A stretch of 64,000 nucleotides of DNA from an uncultured Actinomycetes bacterium. GTDB taxonomy: Bacteria > Actinomycetota > Acidimicrobiia > Spongiisociales > DATADW01. The notes under the pieces are model-generated. The model was not told the origin of the DNA, searched no databases, and saw only the letters and a list, made by a program, of their open reading frames with translations. Location of the stretch: positions 10,234 to 74,233 of the forward strand of contig CAVWWM010000018.1 of assembly GCA_963758695.1 (NCBI GenBank). The letters run 5' to 3'. The translations under genes were made by a program, and so were the position numbers. Every line of letters begins with the position of its first letter. The first letter of the stretch is position 1. Positions 1-9,435 of the stretch are shown here, piece after piece.

Positions 1-726
1 CGGGGCACAGCGTTGCCGTAGTACTCGTAGTTGCTCGTTCCCATCCACTGCATCCCAAACCGCTCCACCCATAGCGGGGCATGGAACTCCATGGGGTCGG
101 AGAGGAGAACTCCGGGTCTTGTGGAGCTTGGTGAATGCCTCCAATGTGTTGGCCGGCTGCTCACGCCCAACCTCGTACTTGACGGCGACGACCGTCTCCA
201 GCGCGGCCATCCTCACCAGCGCCTCGGATGGGAACCCGCGCACATCGAGCCGTCGCAGGTTGGAGTGCTCGACGATGAAGAGGATCACCGCCAGGTCGGT
301 CCCGGTGCTCACCTCCTCGGTGTATGCCTCGACCGCAGCGGCGTCGGTGGGGTAGAAGCTGTTGGGGTGCCCCAGCAGCAGCGCGTCGACCCCGATCGCG
401 GCGGCGTCGTTTGCCATGGCCACGATGTCGGCCACGGTGTCGAACACCCCTTGGAGGACGAAACGTTGCCGTCCTCCGGCTTCGTCGACTGCCACCTCCA
501 TGAAGCGGCGCATCTCATCAGCCGTCGTGCCCCCCTCAGAGACGAGCAGCGCACCCCAGAAGCCGAGTTCGATGTTCCGTCGCACGTCGTGACGGATCCC
601 GGCCTCGTTGAGCGACCGAAGGTCGGAGGCGAAAGAGGGGATGATCACGTTGCATACCCCGTGGAAGGTCTCCGAGGCCCATCCCTTGGCCTCGCTCCTC
701 GTGTAGGGCAGCGGCACTTCGCTCAC
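1..726 (-). pseudogene. DapA / N-acetylneuraminate-lyase family aldolase (dihydrodipicolinate synthase family). The 3' end lies beyond the window edge and there is one frame break near 114-120.
   Basis: Absent from the ORF track because it runs off the edge. My minus-strand translation from GTG 726 reads VSEVPLPYTRSEAKGWASETFHGVCNVIIPSFASDLRSLNEAGIRHDVRRNIELGFWGALLVSEGG...VVAVKYEVGREQPANTLEAFTKLH. Sensible sequence then continues only in another frame (RPGVLLSDPMEFHAPLWVERFGMQWMGTSNYEYYGNAVP). GTGA start/stop overlap with the upstream gene. The + ORF 31..825 is its antisense shadow. Confidence 0.6.
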
Positions 727-1613
727 GAGTTGGCCGTCCGCTCCAGGCTGGCACTCTGCTCGAGGTATCGGCACAGAGCGGCGGCATCGAGGTCGCCGAG
801 ACCAGCGGCGGCCGACTCTTCGTAGATGGGTATGGCGGCGTCGAGCAGCGGGGTGGGTGCGCCCACGCCATCGGCGAACGCCTTGATGATCCGGGCATCC
901 TTGAGGATGATGTCGAGACGGGCCGAGGCGGGCAGGTAGTCGTCCTCGACCATCATCGGCCCGCGTATCTCGAATATCCGCGATGACCCGACGCCGTCGC
1001 TGGTGACCCGCTGCACCGTTTCGGGGTCGATCCCGGCGGCGATGCCCAGAGCGTGAGCCTCGGCGGTGGAAAGGTTGTGCACCGCCACCAGGAGGTTGGC
1101 GATGTACTTCATCACCGACCCGTTGCCGAACTCGCCCAGGTAGTGGGTGGATCGCGCGATGACCTCGAATACCGGCCTCGTCCTTTCGAAGGCCTCGGGC
1201 GATCCCGATGCCAGCACGACCAAAGTGGCGTCGGCTGCCTGAAGACCGGTCCCGCTCACGGGGACGTCCATCAACTCGGCACCGGCATCTGCGAGGACCG
1301 CCCTGGCCCGTTGCTTGGCCTCGATGGGGAGCGTCCCCATCTCGACTGCGATCAGGCCGGGGTGTGCCCCCTTCGCCACCTCCTCCGCCACCCGGTCGAG
1401 CGACTCCACCGTTGGCAGCGAGAAGAGGACGATCCCGGAGCGGGCCGCCACCTCGGCCGCCGATGATTCGGGGATCCCTCCCATCTCTCCGAATCGGGCG
1501 ACCTTGTCGGCATCGATGTCGAAGCCATAAACCTCGAACCCCGCCGAGATGAGATGGCCCGCCATGGCGGAGCCCATGACCCCAAGCCCCACGATGCCAA
1601 TCGTCTCAGCCAT
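723..1613 (-). CDS. NAD(P)-dependent 3-hydroxyisobutyrate / 6-phosphogluconate dehydrogenase family oxidoreductase
   Basis: Intact 296-aa ORF. N-terminal Rossmann motif IGIVGLGVMGSAMAGHL. GGAGGG Shine-Dalgarno upstream of ATG 1613. Tightly linked to both neighbours. Confidence 0.9.
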   Translation of the reverse strand: MAETIGIVGLGVMGSAMAGHLISAGFEVYGFDIDADKVARFGEMGGIPESSAAEVAARSGIVLFSLPTVESLDRVAEEVAKGAHPGLIAVEMGTLPIEAKQRARAVLADAGAELMDVPVSGTGLQAADATLVVLASGSPEAFERTRPVFEVIARSTHYLGEFGNGSVMKYIANLLVAVHNLSTAEAHALGIAAGIDPETVQRVTSDGVGSSRIFEIRGPMMVEDDYLPASARLDIILKDARIIKAFADGVGAPTPLLDAAIPIYEESAAAGLGDLDAAALCRYLEQSASLERTANS

Positions 1614-1622
1614 TTTCCCTCC

Positions 1623-3265
1623 TCACCATGGAACGGTCCCTACCGAGCCCTCGGTGCCGTCGACCGCAATGCCAACCTGCCCCGTTGCCTCCGCAGGCGT
1701 CATTCCCAACAGGTCATCGAAGTCGACACCGCACACCGCGGGGACTCCAAGAGCCCGGGCCGATTCGAAGAGGTGGGCGGCTGGGCTCCCGCCGGCCGTC
1801 ACCAGTCCGGCGGCGTCCCACAGCAGCGGTGATAGTTGGGGCGCCGGATACTGCGCAACCAGCACCTGACGGGGCCGTACCGGTCCGATTCTTTCCGGGG
1901 CGACGAATGCGAGCCGGCCCCAGCCCAGCCCGGCGGAGGCGGGAACACCTTCGGCTCGACGCCCCGTGGCCATGGTCACCGCCGCTCCGAACGGCTCCCA
2001 CCGATCGAATCCGACTCGCCGGCTCGGGGGTGCTTCGGCACCTCCCAGCAGGGCGGTCACCTCGTCCGGTTGGAGGCGCCAGACGGCTCCCACGCCCATG
2101 GCATCGAGGTGTTGCAGCACGGACCCGAGAAGGGCGAGCAGGTTGCGCCCGTCCTCCTCGCTCACCCGATGGCCGTGATCGATCGACGCCAAGTCCGGAC
2201 GATCGCTCCGGAGCGAGCGGAGCAGTCCTCGGGCATGCCCAACGGCGGCCTCTGACGGCATATCCCAGGACTGAGCGGCGAGCCGGCCGGCCAGGTCCTG
2301 CGCCACCGGCCAGGCATCGGCCGGGTCTGTTTCGGCGGGCGGCACCGGGTCGAGCCATGCATCGGGGGCGGTGATCGCCCAAGGGAGGACCATGGCCTCG
2401 CCCAACGGCCCCGGGTAGCGGCGTACCAACCGCGCGATCGATCCGGCGCGCTCCAGCGGTATCGCCAGTCGCGGTGGTGCCGGGACCGGGCGTTGGCGCA
2501 CCGGGCTCGGTCCCAGTTGGAGGAGGATCGGGCCGGCCGCGGTCCAGGCCCATTCGGCGGTGGTGGCGCCGATGGCCAAGTCGGCCGCCCGCAACAGATC
2601 GGCGAGTGCACCGAGCCGGGCGGGTGCGATGCCATCGTCCCCGGCCTTCATGGCGCCCCCGCTATCCACCACGGCCCGGATCCCGGTCGCCCACCCCTGC
2701 ACGAGTGGCGCCGGCGGTCCCTCGACCGCATCGATCGTCACCGAAGAGCCCTCGAGCCGGGCCACCCCGCTCCATTCCGGCGCAACCTCGGGCTGCACCA
2801 ACACGGCGAGCGGGACGGAACCGGGTTCGACTCCCATCGCTCCTTGGCGGTCGATGACCGTGGGGGAGAACATCGATGCCCAACACCCGGCGACGGCTAC
2901 GGGAAGCTCATCCCGGTGGATCCCGAGATAAGAGGTGAACGTTCCCGACCAGATGCCGGGCTCATCGAGCGAACTCGAGGAGCGGACGACGAGAGGCTCC
3001 GCCAGCGGACAATGTCCAGTTCGGCGGCGAGGTCGGCGGATAGGTGTTGCTGCGAGACCTCGAGCCGGGCACCACCGGAGCCTCGGCGACGGAGGGCGTC
3101 TACCCCGGTGGCTATATGACTCGCCGATGCAGGCGCCGTCACCACCACGCCGGGGAGCACCGGGAGCCCGGACCGCCGCCCCCTGGCGAGCCAAGCCGCC
3201 TTGGCACCGGCAAGAGCCGGATCAACGGCCAGGTCGTCGTCGAGGTCGATGACAAGATGGGTCAT
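1623..3265 (-). pseudogene. PEP-utilising phosphotransferase (PPDK_N ATP-grasp domain plus mobile phosphohistidine domain; PEP-synthase / rifampicin-phosphotransferase-like). One frame break near 3005-3015.
   Basis: The N-terminus lies in ORF 2897..3265 (DPALAGAKAAWLARGRRSGLPVLPGVVVT). The family sequence continues in the frame of ORF 1623..3194 (PLVVRSSSSLDEPGIWSGTF, CWASMFSPTVIDRQ, LAVLVQPEV). C-terminal His-domain motif TAGGSPAAHLFESARALGVPAV. Confidence 0.75.
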
Positions 3266-3284
3266 CGCACCGATTGGGAGTTCG

Positions 3285-3378
3285 CCAGCCCCCCTACCCG
3301 CTGCTCCGCAGCGGGGCCCTTCCCCCTACGGGGGGACGGAACGAGCACCTTCCGCGTTCCGTCTTCCGCCTTCCGTCT
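3285..3378. repeat. GC-rich palindromic intergenic repeat, short form (module 1, reverse orientation), followed by degenerate CCGTCTT-type heptamers
   Basis: 3285-3336 CCAGCCCCCCTACCCGCTGCTCCGCAGCGGGGCCCTTCCCCCTACGGGGGGA is the near-exact reverse complement of 10483-10534. 3347-3378 reads TTCCGCGTTCCGTCTTCCGCCTTCCGTCTTC. It lies just 3' of the M24 gene stop. Confidence 0.85.
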
Positions 3379-4616
3379 TCAGTCCACAACGATGATCTCG
3401 TGTTGCTTGTAGGTGGAGACCATCTCGATCCCGGTGTCGGTGACGTAGAGCATCTCCTCGAGACGGACACCATGGTCGTGGAGCTTGCCGTTCTGGGTCT
3501 CGAGGGCGAAGGTCATGCCGGCTTCGATCTCGACGGGGTGATCGAGCGACCAGATGCGCGAGATCACCGGCGGGTCGTACTGGGCGAGGCCCAGGCCGTG
3601 GCCCCAGTTGTTGGCTGCGGCCTGGTCCTCCTCTTCATACCCCCACGCCTCCTTGGCCGAAGGCCACTTGGAGGCGACGTCGGCCGTGGTGACACCCGGC
3701 TTGGTTGCCTCGATCGAGTCCCAGAGCCACTTGTGCGCCGCGTCGTAGGTCTTCTGGTGCTCGTCGGTCGGTTTGCCGCCGACGCAGTAGGTCCGGTAGA
3801 CGCACGACTTGAACCCGTTCCAGGTGAGCGCAGCCAGGTCGACGATGACCAACTCGCCGGGGCGGATCATCCGGTCGGAGAAGTTGCGCCAGTTGGGCCA
3901 GGCGTTGGGGCCTGATGAAACGATGACGTCCTCGACGTCCTCCATGCCCGGGATCGAGTACAGCTTCTCGAACCCGAAGGCGGCCACCTGGTTCTCGGTC
4001 ATGCCCGGCTTGATGAAGTTGGTGATCTCGTAGTGGACGTAGTCGCAGATCGACCCGACGATCGAGAACGCCTTGATCTCGTCGGGGCTCTTGATGGCGC
4101 GCGCTTCCATCATCGGGGACATGCCGTCGGTCCACGCGATCCTGCGCTGCTCGAACTCGCGCAGCAGGTTGATGTCGATGAAGTCGACGCCGAGCGGCTG
4201 TCCCGCACGCCGGCGTCCTCGAGATCGTTGACCAGCGCGTTGACGAACTTGTCGACCTGCTGGTCGGCGGCGGGGCCGACGGCGCCCTTGATCCAGACAT
4301 AGGAGTGACGGATGTTCTCCTGGGGGATCCACGGGTTGTGGACCTTGAGGTGGAACCCGATGTCGCCCTGCTCGTAGACGATGGGCGGCTTGCCTGCGGG
4401 GAGCACGACGTAGCGCAGGCCCGGCTTGAGCCGGTTCCAACCCGGGGTCAGCGTCGAGGAGACGTAGCGCATGTTCTCGTCGTAGAAGAGGAGGAGGGCC
4501 CCCAGCCCGTGGCGCTCCATCGCCTCGTGGGCCCGCTTCAGGCGCCACTCGCGGACCTTGGCCCAATTGATGCCCTCTTTCCAGTCGGTGCTGAGCACAC
4601 CGAATGCTTCACGCAT
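3379..4616 (-). pseudogene. M24-family (creatinase / Xaa-Pro peptidase-like) protein, one frame break near 4196-4210
   Basis: N-terminal creatinase_N-like part in ORF 4110..4616 (ends ...VNDLEDAGV). The pita-bread domain continues in the frame of ORF 3379..4566 (GQPLGVDFIDINLL...SPDEIKAF...WGHGLGL...FALETQ...RLEEMLYVTD). GGAGGA RBS at 4621-4626. Confidence 0.8.
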
Positions 4617-4630
4617 TGGTTCCTCCTGTC

Positions 4631-4665
4631 CAGTGAGTACTTAGTACCTAGTACTTAGTACTTAG
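4631..4665. repeat. AT-rich tandem heptamer array (AGTACTT AGTACCT AGTACTT AGTACTT AG) in the M24 gene leader/promoter
   Basis: AGTAC recurs at 4636, 4643, 4650 and 4657 with exact 7-nt phasing. A second looser cluster lies at 4727-4756 (AGTACTGAGTACCAAGTCGACACTAAGTACT). Confidence 0.85.
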
Positions 4666-4748
4666 AAAAAGACACCGATTACCGCACGAGCCTCCCGGGT
4701 TCTTGGATCTGGTTCGGTCTAGGACGAGTACTGAGTACCAAGTCGACA

Positions 4749-5980
4749 CTAAGTACTTCTTCCTGGCAATACCTTGTCCACAATCGAGAGAAACTCGTCG
4801 TCATCAAGCAGACCCTTCTTCTCCAGCGACTTCGCCTTGACCTCGCGAGGACCTCCTCGATCTCGGCGGTCGTGGCGTCCTCGATCCCGTGGCGGTCGAG
4901 CCAGATGGCCACCGAGTCGAGACCGGAGCCTTTCCCGAGGACGATCTCTGGCTGCTGTTGTCCGACGAGCTCGGGGCGATAGGGGAATGGCTCGGTGAGC
5001 TGGTCGCCGGCGTTCTTCACCCAGGTGGCGATGATTCCCGACTCGACGTGGTAGAGCCGCTCACCGGTAACCGGGCGGTTGGAGGGCTGCTGCACACCGG
5101 TGAGCTCGGCCACCAGCCGGGCGATTGGGGTGAAGTGCTCGGTCTTGATCCCCATGTCTATCCCGTACATGGTGAGCAGCGCCAGCACCGTCTCCTCCAT
5201 CGGGGCGTTGCCCGCCCTCTCACCGAGCCCGCTCACCGTCGTCTGGATCACAGAGGCACCCTCGGCGACGGCGAGGACCGTGTTGGCCACGCCCATCCCG
5301 AAGTCCATGTGGAAATGCGTCTCCAGCGGAACCCCGAGGCGTCTCGCCACCTGACGAGCGAAGAAGGAGATGGCGTGAGGGGAGGTAACACCGAATGTGT
5401 CGACCAGACCGACCGTGTCCACATGACCCTCACGCGCCACCGTTTCCAGATCGTCGAGAAGCTCGACCATCCCCGCCCTTGTGGCGTCGATGGGGAAGAA
5501 GGAGACGGTGAGCCCCCGGTCATGCGCCAGCTTGGTGGTCTCCACCGAGGCCTCGATGGCGCGATCCAGCGGCCAGCGGTAGGCAACCTCGATGAGGTGG
5601 TGGCTCGATGGGATCTCCATGACGACACCCTCGACCCCGCAGTCGGCAGCCAGTTCCACGTCGCCCACCATGCAGCGCGAGAAGGCGAACACCCTCGAGT
5701 CGAAACCGGCCGATGCGATCTTGCGTACCGCCGCCTCGTCCGAAGGAGACACTGCAGGAAGGCCGGCTTCGATGCGATGGATCCCGGCTTCGGAGAGCGC
5801 CTCGGCGATCCGCAACTTGTCGTCGGCGTTGAGCTCCACACCGGCCTGCTGTTCCCCGTCGCGGAGGGTGACATCATGGACCTGGAGATCGGCCGGCAGT
5901 TGGAAGCCCTCGGTGACCTCGGGTAGGTAGTTCCAGGGGCTGGAGAACCACCTGTCCGTCTTCCACGGTTGGTCGACCAT
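4749..5980 (-). pseudogene. HMGL-like pyruvate carboxyltransferase family enzyme (isopropylmalate / homocitrate synthase-like aldolase), frame break near 4838-4850
   Basis: Starts MVDQPWKTDRW at ATG 5980. Motifs VHDVTLRDGEQ and HFHMDFGMGVANTVLAV. After ...EIEEVLAR the sensible C-terminus lies in another frame (VKAKSLEKKGLLDDDEFLSIVDKVLPGRST, stop TAG 4749-4751). The 610-aa ORF extension upstream of 5980 is antisense to the next gene. Confidence 0.8.
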
Positions 5981-6058
5981 GCCCGCCCTCCTCGCGCCAA
6001 TCGGATGAGATCGTGCATGGTATACGATCGACGAGTTGGGTTCGCTAGGAGGTCGTCG

Positions 6059-7042
6059 ATGACGGATGAATCGGTCGGACTCGCGTCGATCGGGTTGGGG
6101 TGGTGGGGCGGGGTTCTCGCCGAGGGTGCGGCGAAATCGGCCACCATGGTCGCCTGTTACTCCCGCAGTCCGGAAAGCCGTGAGCAGTTCGCCGAGAAGC
6201 ACGGGTGCCGCTCCGCCTCCGATCTCGACGAGATCTGGGCAGACCCCGAGATCGATGGTGTGCTGGTGGCGACGCCGCACCAGGTGCGGCTCGAGATCGT
6301 GGAGGCGGCGGCGGCAGCAGGGAAGCACGTTTTCGTTGAGAAGCCCCTCGCCCTGACCGGAACCGAAGCACGGGCATGTGCCGCCGCCGCCGAGGCAGCG
6401 GGCGTGGTCCTCCAGGTCGGGCACAACAAACGCCGCCAGACGGCGAATCGCAGGCTGGCCGAGTTGGTTCAAGATGGGAGCCTCGGCGACCTCCAGTACA
6501 TCGAGACCCACATCTCGGTGCCGGTCGCCTTCAAGCCGACCGTCCCGGAATGGCGCCAGCAGCCCGAGCAGCTACCTGCCGGTGGGATGACCCCGCTCGG
6601 TGTCCACATGGTGGACGCCATCGGGTACCTCGGCGGGAAGGTGACCGAGGTGTTCACCATGAGCCGTCGTGTGTTCGGGAAGTACGAGGTCGAGGATGTG
6701 ACCTCGGTGGTACTCGGGCTCGAGTCGGGACCGCTGGCATCGTTGACCACTCTCATGGCGGTAGGCCCGGTGACAACGATCGGCGTATTCGGGACCGAAG
6801 CCTGCGCCTGGTCGGAGGGTGATGGTGTCCGTCTCTACATCCAGCCCCGCGGCGCTGCGGAGCGGGCTGAGGAGAAAGTGGAGACCATCGACACCGTTGC
6901 CGACGAACTGGCCGAGTTCGCCGCCTGCATACGCAGCGGCGACAAACCCGAGACCGGCGCACCCGAGGGGGTGGCGGTGGCCGCCATTCTCGAAGCCATC
7001 GTGGAGAGCGCTGAGAACAACGCCCCTGCACCGGTGCGCTGA
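6059..7042 (+). CDS. Gfo/Idh/MocA family oxidoreductase
   Basis: AGGAGG RBS 6047-6052 then ATG 6059 (MTDESVGLASIGLGWWGG). Hallmark VFVEKPLALT motif. Diverges from the HMGL-like gene. Confidence 0.9.
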   Translation: MTDESVGLASIGLGWWGGVLAEGAAKSATMVACYSRSPESREQFAEKHGCRSASDLDEIWADPEIDGVLVATPHQVRLEIVEAAAAAGKHVFVEKPLALTGTEARACAAAAEAAGVVLQVGHNKRRQTANRRLAELVQDGSLGDLQYIETHISVPVAFKPTVPEWRQQPEQLPAGGMTPLGVHMVDAIGYLGGKVTEVFTMSRRVFGKYEVEDVTSVVLGLESGPLASLTTLMAVGPVTTIGVFGTEACAWSEGDGVRLYIQPRGAAERAEEKVETIDTVADELAEFAACIRSGDKPETGAPEGVAVAAILEAIVESAENNAPAPVR

Positions 7043-7065
7043 TGCGGCTCCGGAACGCAACGGGG

Positions 7066-9352
7066 CTAGACCGCTAGCGGTCCCGGCGCGCTCCTGTATC
7101 GCCGTCCACACCGTCCCTGGGTGGAGGGGCATTTCCAGGTGGGTCACCCCGAGCGGCGCCAGCGCATCGAGGACGGCGTTGACTATGGCGGGCGGCGCCC
7201 CGATGCATCCCGCCTCCCCGGCGCCCTTGACCCCGAGCGGGTTGGAAGGGGCGGGGTGGACGAGACGGGTGTGGCGCAGCGGGGGAGCGTCCGTTGCTCT
7301 GGGCATCTGGTAATCGACCAGGGTCGAGGTGAGTAGCTGGCCCTGCTCGTCGTAGACCACGCCCTCGTAGAGCGCCTGCCCGATGCCTTGCAGCAGCGAT
7401 CCTTCGATCTGGCCCTGGACGACCATGGGGTTGAGCACGTTGCCGCAGTCGTCTACGGTCACCATCCTCGACAGGATCACCTCACCGGTCTCGATGTCCA
7501 CCTCGACAACGGCGACGTGCACCCCGTAGGGGAAGGTCTGGGCGCCGGGGACGTACCACTCCTCAGCAGCCAACTCGACGCCGTGCTCGCCGGCGTGGGC
7601 CGCCACCTCGTCCCACGAGATCCCGGCGCCGGGCACGCCGGCCACGGCGAACCGGCCCTCCGAGATGACGATGTCGACCGCGAGCTGCCTCGAGCAACTC
7701 GGCGGCCAACTCGACCGCCCGCCCACGCACCACCAGTGCGGTGCGCCACGCCCCCGACGCGCCGATCTGGGCCGACCGGCTAGCTGCCGTTCCCGTCCCC
7801 CTGGCGACCTCCGCGGTGTCACCGGCGACGAAGGAGACGCGATCCGCAGGCATGCCCAAAGCGGAGGCGACGACCTCTGGCCACACGGTCTCGTGTCCTT
7901 GGCCCGACGACATGGACCCGGTCCGCACCGTCACCCTTCCGGCGGGGTCGACCTCCACCCTGGCGTACTCGCCGGTGTCCACCTGTCCGCCGGCCCGCTC
8001 GACGAAAGCGCCGATCCCGACACCGATCTGCCGTCCGCCCTCCGCACGGCGCTCCTCCTGTTGCCGGCGGGTCTCTTCGAGTCCCACCAGATCCACCGCC
8101 GTGCGCAATGCCGCGGCGTAATCGCCCGAGTCGTAAATGGCACCGGTTGCCGTGGTGAAGGGAAGATCTCTGATGAAGTTGGCCAGCCTCACCTCGACCG
8201 GGTCGAGGCCAGCCCTCCTTGCATATGCGTCGACCGCTCTTTCGATGGCATATGCGGCCTCCGGTCTCCCCGCACCCCGGTAGGAGCCGGTCGGCGCCCG
8301 GTTGGTGACGACGGTCGTGGTACGGATATGGACCTCGGGGAAGTCGTACAGCCCGGTGGCCACATAACGGGAGAAGGCGGGGATCGACGACCCGTTGTGA
8401 GGGTATGCGCCCACATCTGCCAGCTCTTCAAGCTCCGCTCGGTGGATTCGGCCATCCCTGTCACCGGTGAGCCGAACCGTGTGGGTGGAGCCGCGCCCGT
8501 GGGTCCCCCCGGAGAAGTGCTCACGCCGCCGCTCTGCCCAGATGACCGGTCGTTGCAGTCGAATGGCGGTTGCAACCGCCACGGTGTACTCGGGGAACAT
8601 CATCCCCTTCATCCCGAAGGCACCGCCGACATCGGGGACGATCACCCTGACCGCCGATGGCTCGATCCCGAGAAGCCTGGCAAGCCGGCTACGAAGCTCG
8701 TGGGGGCGTTGGTGTCCGCACCAGATGGTGATCGTTTCATCGCCATGGGGCTCGACCAGGATGGCGAGCGGCTCGACCGCCACGGGCGCCAGTCGCTGGT
8801 TGTGGACGGTCAACTCGATCGCCACCTGTTCGCCGCCGTCACCGTCTGGTGTTCCGAGAGCCCAGGTTTCCACCACATTGCTCTCCGCCGCAGGGTGGAG
8901 GATCGTCTCGTCAGTGAGGGCTGCTGCCGCGTCGGAGACCACAGGCAACGGGTCGTAGTCGACCCAGATCACCTCGGCGGCGTCGATCGCCGCGCTGCGT
9001 CCTCGGCCGCCACCACCGCGATCGGCTCCCCGACATACCGCACCCTTTCTGTGGCCAGATGCGGTCGGGAGAAGCCGGCGGCCTTCACCGCTAACGAGCC
9101 ACCCGGGATGTCGGGGAGGTCCAGATCGGCGGCTGTAGCAACCAGGGCGACACCATCGGCCTGGGCCGCCTCGGCGCTGTCGATACCCAGAATGAGAGCG
9201 TGGGCCTCGGTGCTGCGGGCGAAGGCGAGGTGGAGGGTGCCCGGCGGCGTCAGGTCGGCGACGAAACGACCGGCACCGGTGATGAGCCGGCGGTCCTCCC
9301 GGCGGAGGGGGGCGATCGGCTGGTAGAGGGGCCGTTGCGGGTCGGCGGCCAT
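7066..9352 (-). pseudogene. Xanthine dehydrogenase / aldehyde oxidase / CoxL-family molybdopterin-binding large subunit, with two clear frame breaks and probably a third
   Basis: N-terminus in ORF 8969..9352 (LRREDRRLITGAGRFVADLTPPGTLHLAFARSTEAHA). Middle part in the frame of ORF 7563..9383 (AIDAAEVIWVDYDPLP...GGAFGMKG...). C-terminal part in the frame of ORF 6572..7822 (VDIVISEGRF...NPLGVKGAGEAG...). Breaks near 8985-8997 and 7673-7686. The third frame has no stop until 6572, which is antisense to the Gfo gene, whereas both other frames stop at 7066-7076. The 3' end is therefore uncertain. Confidence 0.75.
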
Positions 9353-9380
9353 CGGACGTCGACGGTATCACATGGGCCCA

Positions 9381-9390
9381 CAATCGATTG
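9381..9390. promoter_or_regulatory. LacI-type operator-like palindrome CAATCGATTG upstream of the XDH-family gene
   Basis: Perfect 10-bp palindrome 29 nt upstream of start 9352. Member of the CAANCGNTTG set (see findings). Confidence 0.4.
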
Positions 9391-9435
9391 CAGGCATGCG
9401 GGACCCACCAGGAGAACCAGCGGACAGACGTGGTT

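Noticed and set aside
31-825. Long plus-strand ORF (264 aa) and many similar long ORFs, for example 4889..5926 +, 7665..9326 +, 24569..25585 +, 27756..28949 -, 29855..30934 +, 50254..51075 -, 51895..52782 -, 56294..57703 -
   Set aside because: They are antisense shadows of recognisable genes in a high-GC sequence. Their translations are rich in R/G/H/D/P, lack family motifs, and fully overlap genes with clear homology-type motifs.
2823-2845. tRNA-like T-loop string GGGTTCGACTCCC
   Set aside because: The flanking bases do not form a T-stem or acceptor stem, and the string lies inside the PEP-utilising enzyme coding sequence.
4710-4727. GGTCTAGGAC resembling the DasR/GntR dre core (GGTCTAGACC)
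   Set aside because: Only a partial match, with the right arm disrupted, and it is a single occurrence. There is not enough support to call it a site.
5981-6511. N-terminal 177-aa extension of ORF 4679..6511, and similar upstream extensions of ORFs 5969, 12542, 13557, 16146, 16718, 34855, 45297, 54810
   Set aside because: The extensions overlap neighbouring genes or promoters and lack family sequence. Internal ATG/GTG starts with Shine-Dalgarno sequences or start/stop overlaps fit the conserved N-termini.
6572-7065. Apparent 3' extension of the XDH-family ORF (6572..7822) running about 470 nt antisense through the Gfo/Idh/MocA gene
   Set aside because: The family-like sequence ends near ...HLEMPLHPGTVWTAIQERAG. 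The remainder is shadow-like. Both alternative frames stop at 7066-7076, so a terminal frame break or missing stop is more plausible than a real overlap.
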